Of a stretch of 64,000 bases of DNA, positions 31,564 through 39,597 are shown one piece after another. The position numbers were made by a program, and so were the translations under genes. Source of the DNA: Myxococcota bacterium (GTDB taxonomy: Bacteria; Myxococcota_A; SURF-8; G963663525); assembly GCA_963676915.2 (NCBI GenBank), contig CAXXVK010000052.1, forward strand, positions 32,001 through 96,000. The letters are read 5' to 3'. How positions within the stretch are numbered: the first letter of the stretch is position 1; each line of letters starts with the position of its first letter. The notes beneath the pieces are model-generated. The model was not told the DNA's origin and did no database searches. It saw only the letters and a list, made by a program, of their open reading frames with translations.

Positions 31564-32979
31564 TCAATGATCGCGTTTCAAGGCGCTCCACAACATTCGT
31601 CCGGCGGTTTTCATACCACGCAACAATTCGTCTTTCGAACGAACACGCCGAAGCGCTCGGAAAATGTACGAAGGCCGATAGTAAAACAGATAATACCCGC
31701 AGCGGGTCCAGAATTCGATTTCCGTCTCCGACATCGCCGTCCATGGGCTGCCCATACGGCGAAGGACACTACGGTCACGGATATAATCGCTCCAGAAATC
31801 CTCACCCGTTTTCTCGACGACTTCCTTGTTGAATTCCGTTTTCGGCTTGGCGATGGTCCGTGAAAACTGGGCGTAATCCAAGTCGAGATCCAAAGCGAAG
31901 CGGATCGTCGCCAACACCGAGCTACGAGTTTCACCGGGCAGGCCGGTCATGAAAAACCCCAAAGGATTGATCCCGGCGGCCTTGGCATCCGTGATGGTCT
32001 GTCGGATGCGATCCACCGTGATTTCCTTACGTGTAGCCAGGAGTTTATCTTCGTTGGGCGTTTCGATACCGAAGTAGATTTTACGACATCCTGCGTTGGC
32101 CATCCATTGCAGCAGCCGGGCATCCACCGAATCGACACGCGCCCGACAGGACCACTCGAACTCCAACCCCCGACTTAAAATTCCTTCGCAAATCTTCTTT
32201 GCCCGCTTGCGTTCGAAAGGAAAATCCGCGTCGAAAATATCGATTTCACGCACGCCGTAACGGGTGACGCACTCTTCCATCTCATCCAGCACGTTTTCGG
32301 CGCTACGACTCCGGTAGCGTATCGGCGCAATCGCGCAGAATGTACAACGGTGGGCACAACCTACGGTGGTGGTCATGATGGTGAAATTGCGCAATTGGGA
32401 GGTAATCGAATAATACCGGTCGTTTTCAAGCAGATGCCGCGCCGGAAAGGGAAAGCTATTGAAATCTATAGGGGTTGTGTCAGGTGGCGTGTAGTAGAAA
32501 CCGTTGTCGTCGGAGTACATCAGGCCAGGGATGTCACGGGGTGTCTCGCCGCGTTCCAGCGCTCCCAGAAGCGCGGGTAAACTATGTTGCGCGTGACCCG
32601 CTATACCGTAATCGATCACGCCATGGACCATGGATTCCTCGGGATACAAACCCATGTTGATGCCCCCCGCCAGGATCGGAACATCCAACGCGGCTTTGAT
32701 CGCAACCGCCCAGTCGAGGGTATCGTGAAACATGTAGGTCGTAAAATAAAACCCCACGACGTCCGGCCCGAAATCCCTCAAACGTTGGATGGTCTGCTCT
32801 ACCGTAAGATCCAAAGCGTTGGCGTCGATCAGACAAACCCGGTGCCCGGCTTCTTCCGCGAAAGCAGCGGCATACGCTAGGTTGATGGGTGGAAAACGAC
32901 CGAAATCCTCATCGACCACCGCGAGGTTCTCGGCGAAAATTTTATGTGCATAGGGAGCAAAAACAAAAGCTACGTTCAT
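31564..32979 (-). CDS. B12-binding radical SAM protein
   Basis: PPINLAY, IDANA, FPARHL, GCAHRCTFC, GIET, GLPGET. Confidence 0.92.
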   Translation of the reverse strand: MNVAFVFAPYAHKIFAENLAVVDEDFGRFPPINLAYAAAFAEEAGHRVCLIDANALDLTVEQTIQRLRDFGPDVVGFYFTTYMFHDTLDWAVAIKAALDVPILAGGINMGLYPEESMVHGVIDYGIAGHAQHSLPALLGALERGETPRDIPGLMYSDDNGFYYTPPDTTPIDFNSFPFPARHLLENDRYYSITSQLRNFTIMTTTVGCAHRCTFCAIAPIRYRSRSAENVLDEMEECVTRYGVREIDIFDADFPFERKRAKKICEGILSRGLEFEWSCRARVDSVDARLLQWMANAGCRKIYFGIETPNEDKLLATRKEITVDRIRQTITDAKAAGINPLGFFMTGLPGETRSSVLATIRFALDLDLDYAQFSRTIAKPKTEFNKEVVEKTGEDFWSDYIRDRSVLRRMGSPWTAMSETEIEFWTRCGYYLFYYRPSYIFRALRRVRSKDELLRGMKTAGRMLWSALKRDH

Positions 32980-33109
32980 CGTGTCCGTTGATTCCGTTCG
33001 ATCCGACGCTCATATACAAAAGGGCAACCATTCCCATAGATTATAGATACGTTACGCGAATCGAATCCGAAAAGCAATGACGACAGTTGGGTGCAGGAAA
33101 TGAAAAAAA

Positions 33110-34165
33110 TCAGGCCAGCAAGAGGTGTTTTTCACCCAACGGCATGACCTCGCCAATTCGCGATGTATGAGCATATCCGGCCTGAATCAATTCATTTTTC
33201 AGTCTGTCGGCTTTGTCCTCGTCAACAGAAAGCAGCAAACCACCCGACGTCTGCGGATCGGCCATCATCATCTTCAAATTGGGATCGAGCGAAGGTAGAT
33301 TCAGCGTCGTATCTTCGGTAAATCGCAGGTTCCGAATCACGGCACCGGGAACGCAGCCCTGGCGAATCAGTTCCGGGACTTGTCCAAATGTAGGAACGCG
33401 GGCGGATTCGATACGCAACGTCACTTTCGACGCCTGCGCCAACCGCATGGAATGTCCTAGCAGCCCGAAGCCAGTTACGTCGGTCACACCACCTATTCCC
33501 GTCTCTTGCATTGGCTCCACAGCATAGCGATTGAGCTGCTTCATGGTTTCCTTGACAGGAACGTACTCTTCCTCGGAAACCATACCGACTTCTTTTCCCG
33601 CCTTCATCACTGCACCGCCCAAAGGTTTCGTCAGCAGCAAAACCTGTCCAGGACGCGCCCCGGCGTTGGTCAACAAACGGTCGGGGTGGACAGTTCCCAG
33701 TACCGCCAACCCATACTTGGGCGGATGATCATCGATGGTGTGGCCCCCAACCACTAAAGCACCGGCTTCCCGTACTTTATCCTCTCCACCTCGCAGAATT
33801 TCCGCAAGAACCCATTCAGGAAGCTTTGTTACGGAAAACATCATCAGGTTGAGCGCCATCAGCGCTTCTCCACCCATGGCGTAAATATCCGAAAGGGCGT
33901 TGGCGGCAGCAACCTGGCCGAATTCGTACGGATCATCCACAACGGGTGTAAAAAAGTCGGTTGTGAAAATCAGGGCAAGGTCATCTCGAATCCTGTAGGC
34001 TCCGGCGTCATCATGGGTTTCGAAACCGGTTATCAAGTCGGGATGAGAAAACCCCGGCATTCCCCGAAGCAACTCTTCCAGCTTTTTCGGATCGAGTTTG
34101 GCGGAACATCCCCCATATTCCACACTTTGGGTCAATTTGATCTCTTTTTTCGCGTTCGCTTCCAT
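33110..34165 (-). CDS. selD: Selenide, water dikinase (Cys-type)
   Basis: GGCSAK, DDAG, TTDFFTPVVDDP, AANALSDIYAMGG, GGHT, TDVTGFGLLGH, DPQTSGGLL. Confidence 0.95.
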   Translation of the reverse strand: MEANAKKEIKLTQSVEYGGCSAKLDPKKLEELLRGMPGFSHPDLITGFETHDDAGAYRIRDDLALIFTTDFFTPVVDDPYEFGQVAAANALSDIYAMGGEALMALNLMMFSVTKLPEWVLAEILRGGEDKVREAGALVVGGHTIDDHPPKYGLAVLGTVHPDRLLTNAGARPGQVLLLTKPLGGAVMKAGKEVGMVSEEEYVPVKETMKQLNRYAVEPMQETGIGGVTDVTGFGLLGHSMRLAQASKVTLRIESARVPTFGQVPELIRQGCVPGAVIRNLRFTEDTTLNLPSLDPNLKMMMADPQTSGGLLLSVDEDKADRLKNELIQAGYAHTSRIGEVMPLGEKHLLLA

Positions 34166-34192
34166 AGTTTCACTTCTTTAGAGATATGTTCG

Positions 34193-34230
34193 AAAAAACG
34201 CCCCGTTCACGAAAGGTGAACGGGGCGGAA
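34193..34230 (-). terminator. Intrinsic terminator of the lipoprotein gene
   Basis: cgccccgttcac/gtgaacggggcg 12-bp stem followed by T6 on the minus strand. Confidence 0.8.
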
Positions 34231-34264
34231 AAGACGTCATCGTCAGGCCGATAAAATCAGAACA

Positions 34265-37200
34265 TCATTCCGCCACGGGAACGCAACGATAGCGAACACG
34301 CCAGACGGTATAATCATCATCCATCGTTTCTATCGTCATTTCACCATGCTTGTTGACCACCAACTTTGGATAATCGGGGTAGGACTCATCCGTTGGCATC
34401 GGTTCGGCAAGTTCCGGTATTTCGTAAATGCTCGTCCCAAGATTGTTGACGTAGCTGTCCGTATACCAAAGGCTGTTGGATGCATAATTGAAATATGTCC
34501 AGACATTCGGATCACTAATGGACTGCGCAATGAAGTGCGGTGCAAGGTTTTTATCCAAGGCACCAATAACACGATAACCCAACACACGGTTGCCATCGGT
34601 ATTGACGTTTGCAATGCGGAGCGGAGCACTTTCAGTGATCCATTCCCAAACGCCGTCTCGTCTTTGCCAGTGATGCAAAACCCAGCTATTCTTGTTTGCT
34701 TGAGTGACACCGACTCCCAATGCCAGGAGGTTCAGATAACCTTCACCTTCGGTGTTCCAATGGAACAGTTGTCGAATGTCCAGGTTGAGATCCTCGCTAC
34801 TGACCCACACATTTGAAGAGACCCAACCTACATCTGTTTTTTCATAGTATTCCAACGAATACGTCGCTCCAGTTGCTTTCTTTCGAGCAACGAACACGGA
34901 GAATTCATCTTCCCACATATTCACTGTAGTCACGGCTTCCGTCAAAGACGTTCCCGCCTCGCTGACCTGCGTGTTGTCAATTTCAGCTATGGTTCCGTAG
35001 CCCATATTGACAATCAACCCCGATCCGTACGTATAAGCCAGTCGAGTATCTTCACCAGACTCATCAAGCACCAAATTACCCGGCAGGTAATTCTGACTGG
35101 ATGCCCATCCACTTGGGTGAATCGCGCTTGCATCGTCTTTGGTCCAGGGAGTGTCTGCTTCTGCAACGTTTAGCAGGAACAGTTCGTGATCGACGGTATC
35201 TTCCCACAGGAAATAAGCTGTCGAATCCTCGCCCACAATAAAATCGGTCGTTTCCAGGAAATCCTCATCCACATCATCTCTAACGATTTGGGCACCACCT
35301 TGAGGAGGCCAGACATCGGAATCCGAATAATACAGATCCTCATATCCACTGTCGAGATCCGGTTCGGCGATAATCCGATGCAGGTTCCCATCGGCGTCGT
35401 AAGCCATTTTGACAGTCTGTTGGAGCATCGTCACGATTTCCGGGTACGAGGTCCAGTTGTCGGCACTGGTTTCCACATGATGATTGAGAACCTGATAATT
35501 GTCGGTCAAGCTGACAATGTGCGGACCTCTAAATGAAAGAGGCGGATTGGTCTGAGGTTGTAACGCGATGGAAACCCGAGAGGCGGTTTTTTCCCACGTC
35601 TTGTCGAAGGTTTCATCGACATACGTCACCCCGCAAGGATTATTGCCAGCTTGAATTTCGAAATACCCGTAAAGATCCTGATTGGCGACCACGATTCCGA
35701 AATTGTTGTCTTCAATGTGTGCGACACGGTAATCACCGTCCAAATGCGTCTGAGCCAGAGGCAAAGGTTCATATCCACCACAAACGGAATCGCCGTCCAC
35801 GACAAATTCCAGCACGGCATTGATCTTGTCACCGAGCTTTTGGGAGAGGAAAATCGCAGAACCATTGTTCGCCCCTTGAACCAGCTGTATTTTCTGATAG
35901 GGGCTTGTTCCCTCAATCCTTTCGTTGAGATTGATTCGACCTTGAGAATCATGAGTGAACGAAGAAAGATTCTGAGGATCGATGGCATAAACGACACGAT
36001 AACTCTCCGGAGCATAACCCGGTGTCAGTTCAACAAAAGCCACCACAAATTGTTGATCCGAATTCACGGCAATGGACAGCGGCCACGACGCCTTGCCCCA
36101 GTCATCGGCATATTTGAACAATTTATCGGATTGGCTTCCACCTGTCCAACTGCCTGTAATGGTCTTGGTCATGTAGACCACCCCAAACGTCGGATCTTCG
36201 AAAACGAGCCAAAGTTTATCGCTACGAGAATCGATCGTCACCTCGTAGTTGTAGAAATCCTCTGCTCCAATGGTCTGAAGAAGCTGAGGCTCGTCCGCAC
36301 CCCAGTATCCTCCTCGATCTGTGGTGTAATACAGTCCTTTTTCCTCGCGGTCGTAATAAAAGACATGGAAGTTGTTATTGGAGTCGATAACGATTTTCGG
36401 ATCCGAGGAAATACGCGGAATTCTTGGAGAATCTCCATCATTGTACATGATGACTTCTTCACTGGTCCAGATGTTGCTCAGGTTTTTGCTTCGATGCATC
36501 AAAGCCTTGCTCGCACCATCCACATAGAAAATGTGGGGATTCCCCGAATTGTCCGTCAGAACTTCCAGTCCCGTCCGACCTTTCATTCCACCGTACAGCA
36601 ATTCCCTGGTCCACCCGCAATACATACAGGTTTCGTAGAAACACTGACCGGCATCCCGTTCACGTGTATAGTCGCCAGGTTTATTGAATCCTTCCGGCAA
36701 TTCGCAGGAAAAACCGAATTCAGGGGCAGGTTGATGCTCGCACACCCCTTCTCTAGTGCATTTTTCACGCCCATTGCATGGTTCGTCGTCTACATCGCAA
36801 TATGCTTCAAGTCGAGCAATGTCGGCATAAAACGTGCACACACCGTTGAGACACTTTTCATCTCCGTTGCACCAGTTTCCATCGTCGCAACTCGTACCGT
36901 CATCGAGGATCTGCCCCGAAACACAGTAACCACTCAGACAGGTTCCCACGTTGGTGCAGGGGTTTCCGTCGTCACAGACCGAAGAATCGGCAACGGGTTC
37001 ACCACTGTAACAGACTCCAGCCATGCATACACCATCACCCGTGCAATCGTTTCCGTCGTCACATGCCCCGCCATCACTGAATTCGACTGGTCTGTCTTCG
37101 GTCTCAGTCTTGTTGCAAATACCCGAGGTACAATAATCATTGATCGTACAGGCATTCCCATCGTCACAAGGTGTATCGTCGGCAGCCGGGTTTTCCAATA

Positions 37201-38086
37201 TGCATGCACCATTTCCATCACAATACCCACCCGTGGAGCATCCATCGTTTCGGTCGCAACGAGTACCCGAAGGAGCCTTTTCTCCCGCTTTGCAAACTTC
37301 CCCCTGACAGGTTTCTATACCATTGCAGATATTACCGTCCGAACAAGGAGTACCATCATCCAACTTCGTGCTAATCTGTTCACATTCTCCCGCTTTGCAA
37401 ACTCCGGTTCCGTTGCAAACATCCCCATCATCGCATAGCGTTCCATCCGGCCAGATATCTCCTTCCGGTGGTAGGGAATTCGGGTCTACGATACAGAATC
37501 CATCCGAGCAATGCTTGGAACCATTGCAGATATTTCCATCCTCTTCGCATTCCTTGCCATCTTCTTCATCATTACCAGAGCAAACCCCGATATCATTACA
37601 AGCATCACCGGTTGTACAATCATTGCCATCATCGCAAGAAGAACCTTTTTCTTTATTTGTTCCTACGCAAACCATTTCGTTGCCAGCAATTATCGTACAG
37701 ACATCGTCTATCGTACATTCGTTGCCATCATCACACGTCGCTCCCGTTGCCGGCGCTCCCGCAAGACAGTACCCGTTTTCACAGGTTTCTTTACCGTTGC
37801 AAGCAAAGCCGTCGTCGCAGGTGGCATCTCCTTCTTCACCATCTACGCATTCATCTCCCGTTGGAGTATCGTCTTTGCATTGCCCCAAGGTGCATCCGGC
37901 ATCGCACTTTTCGGTCGTCGCCCAACGCCCGGTAGATACGCATGTCACGACAAACGAGCCGGAACATTTGCGGGCACCCACCTCACAAGGTTCCGAAACA
38001 TCGAATTCGGGAATTTTCTTCTCCAGGTCGGAACAAGCTGTTCCAAAGAGAACCAGAAAAAGCAACAATGACAGATACTTGTTCAT
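34265..38086 (-). CDS. Large lipoprotein: about 12 Cys-rich CDDGNxC repeats plus beta-propeller-like C-terminal region
   Basis: MNKYLSLLLFLVLFGTAC lipobox after AGAGG; repeated CDDGNxCTxxDxC; GNPHIFY/FHVFYY/GNLH blades. Confidence 0.8.
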   Translation of the reverse strand: MNKYLSLLLFLVLFGTACSDLEKKIPEFDVSEPCEVGARKCSGSFVVTCVSTGRWATTEKCDAGCTLGQCKDDTPTGDECVDGEEGDATCDDGFACNGKETCENGYCLAGAPATGATCDDGNECTIDDVCTIIAGNEMVCVGTNKEKGSSCDDGNDCTTGDACNDIGVCSGNDEEDGKECEEDGNICNGSKHCSDGFCIVDPNSLPPEGDIWPDGTLCDDGDVCNGTGVCKAGECEQISTKLDDGTPCSDGNICNGIETCQGEVCKAGEKAPSGTRCDRNDGCSTGGYCDGNGACILENPAADDTPCDDGNACTINDYCTSGICNKTETEDRPVEFSDGGACDDGNDCTGDGVCMAGVCYSGEPVADSSVCDDGNPCTNVGTCLSGYCVSGQILDDGTSCDDGNWCNGDEKCLNGVCTFYADIARLEAYCDVDDEPCNGREKCTREGVCEHQPAPEFGFSCELPEGFNKPGDYTRERDAGQCFYETCMYCGWTRELLYGGMKGRTGLEVLTDNSGNPHIFYVDGASKALMHRSKNLSNIWTSEEVIMYNDGDSPRIPRISSDPKIVIDSNNNFHVFYYDREEKGLYYTTDRGGYWGADEPQLLQTIGAEDFYNYEVTIDSRSDKLWLVFEDPTFGVVYMTKTITGSWTGGSQSDKLFKYADDWGKASWPLSIAVNSDQQFVVAFVELTPGYAPESYRVVYAIDPQNLSSFTHDSQGRINLNERIEGTSPYQKIQLVQGANNGSAIFLSQKLGDKINAVLEFVVDGDSVCGGYEPLPLAQTHLDGDYRVAHIEDNNFGIVVANQDLYGYFEIQAGNNPCGVTYVDETFDKTWEKTASRVSIALQPQTNPPLSFRGPHIVSLTDNYQVLNHHVETSADNWTSYPEIVTMLQQTVKMAYDADGNLHRIIAEPDLDSGYEDLYYSDSDVWPPQGGAQIVRDDVDEDFLETTDFIVGEDSTAYFLWEDTVDHELFLLNVAEADTPWTKDDASAIHPSGWASSQNYLPGNLVLDESGEDTRLAYTYGSGLIVNMGYGTIAEIDNTQVSEAGTSLTEAVTTVNMWEDEFSVFVARKKATGATYSLEYYEKTDVGWVSSNVWVSSEDLNLDIRQLFHWNTEGEGYLNLLALGVGVTQANKNSWVLHHWQRRDGVWEWITESAPLRIANVNTDGNRVLGYRVIGALDKNLAPHFIAQSISDPNVWTYFNYASNSLWYTDSYVNNLGTSIYEIPELAEPMPTDESYPDYPKLVVNKHGEMTIETMDDDYTVWRVRYRCVPVAE

Positions 38087-38277
38087 GTTCACCTCTTTGA
38101 GATGGAATCCCGCAACTACTCGACTGCCCAATTAAAACGCCATTCGGCAGGAGCTTTTTTCATTAACGACCGAGATCATACCATGAGTGTCGGTTGGATG
38201 CAAAGTTCCACAGGGGTCTTTTCGTGGGGAATTTTACTGAAAATTACCGAAAACTTCCCATAATGAACAACGATGGA

Positions 38278-39450
38278 TCATTCATTAAAAGACTCCTGGG
38301 GCAACCAGGGGAAAATCCGCTTTCGTACGGCTCGAATCTGCGAGCGCTTGTACTCGGCGTGACTCGCCCTGCCTCGACGGCTTTCGATGTAGCTGGCTTT
38401 ATCGAGAATCTGAACTTCGAAAGGAAAGAAAAAGCGGTATTCGATCACGTCTTTATTCGTTTTTCGAGCCAGCATTCGGTTGATGGGAGCCGAACGCACA
38501 CGTACCAGTTGACGAACGGTAAACTGTATGGAGTGATAGCTAGTGCTCGAATAGAGATTGCGCTCTTTCAGAATCTCTTCGGGCATGTTCGAATCGCAGG
38601 TTTCATCGTTTCCGATTCGATCCAATTCCCGCATCAGTTCGGTTTCGTCGATCTCCCCGGCACCGAATTTCTCGAACCACGGATCTCCGAGTTCCCGGAA
38701 ACGGGCGACATCAAGCAAAGTGTTCCGTGAGCGGGTAGATTTCACGTTGGCAAAGGCAATCGCGAATTTTTCGTGAAAGAAATTGAGCGCCATCAAGGCT
38801 TCGGCCTTGGTAAAGGTCACGAAACGGAATCCTAACCGGTCGAAGATATCCGCCCCGATGTGCTCCCGTTTGTGCAAGAGCTTCAAAGCAGTGCTTTCGT
38901 GACTTTTCTGGCTTTTGATATCCAAAATATAAAGCCGGATTCCGGTCTCGTCCTCACCGAGATACAAATCACCGGTGGGATCGGTATAAACCCAGCGCAA
39001 AATCACGTTGAGAATCTGATTCTGAATATGCGGGAAAAAGTGCAGGTCGAGGTCGTTGGTGACGTGCGTCATCGTGTGCATAACACGCAGCACCGAGCAG
39101 GACCAGCGTTGCAATTCGCCATCTTCCGTGGAAGCCCAAACCAGCAGTTGCGCAGGATCTTCGGCTTCCCGAACGGCAGGAGGCATCTCCAGGCTTTCCT
39201 CGGGTTTATCGGGGTTTCTCAGCAGGTTTCGTTCGATAAAACCCACCGCCTGGTTTTTGAGATTGAGGATTTCATCGAGATCCGATTGACGCGCGGGATC
39301 GTAGCCGTAAGCTTTTAAAAAATTGCGGGCTTTTTCCTCGGTATCGGTTCGAAGGCGTGGCAAATCGATGGCCGTACGCTCACCGAGCAGAACGTCCAGA
39401 ATATCCCAATCGAAAAAAGATTGGCTCCGGTTCTCCGCGTCACCGTTCAT
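38278..39450 (-). CDS. TIGR04552-like protein with RelA/SpoT-type nucleotidyltransferase motifs
   Basis: KSHESTALKLLHK, DIFDRLGFRFVT, SYHSIQF, FFPFEVQILD, ASHAEYKRSQ. Confidence 0.75.
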   Translation of the reverse strand: MNGDAENRSQSFFDWDILDVLLGERTAIDLPRLRTDTEEKARNFLKAYGYDPARQSDLDEILNLKNQAVGFIERNLLRNPDKPEESLEMPPAVREAEDPAQLLVWASTEDGELQRWSCSVLRVMHTMTHVTNDLDLHFFPHIQNQILNVILRWVYTDPTGDLYLGEDETGIRLYILDIKSQKSHESTALKLLHKREHIGADIFDRLGFRFVTFTKAEALMALNFFHEKFAIAFANVKSTRSRNTLLDVARFRELGDPWFEKFGAGEIDETELMRELDRIGNDETCDSNMPEEILKERNLYSSTSYHSIQFTVRQLVRVRSAPINRMLARKTNKDVIEYRFFFPFEVQILDKASYIESRRGRASHAEYKRSQIRAVRKRIFPWLPQESFNE

Positions 39451-39597
39451 GACTTCTTCCGTTACCGTTTGTGGATCATGCCTCACCGTACAAAGCAATG
39501 CGGGTATGCCTCGAAACGGGATAATTTGCAAGGTCTTTTCGTAAAATCTTTCGTATAATCACCATGTTTCGATGATTTTCGGACATTTCGAGCAAAA

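Noticed and set aside
34090-34120. SelD as a selenoprotein
   Set aside because: The active-site motif is GGCSAK with a Cys codon; no in-frame TGA
36700-37900. Repetitive DNA as a possible CRISPR array or mobile repeat
   Set aside because: These are degenerate protein-coding Cys repeats; no identical direct repeats with spacers
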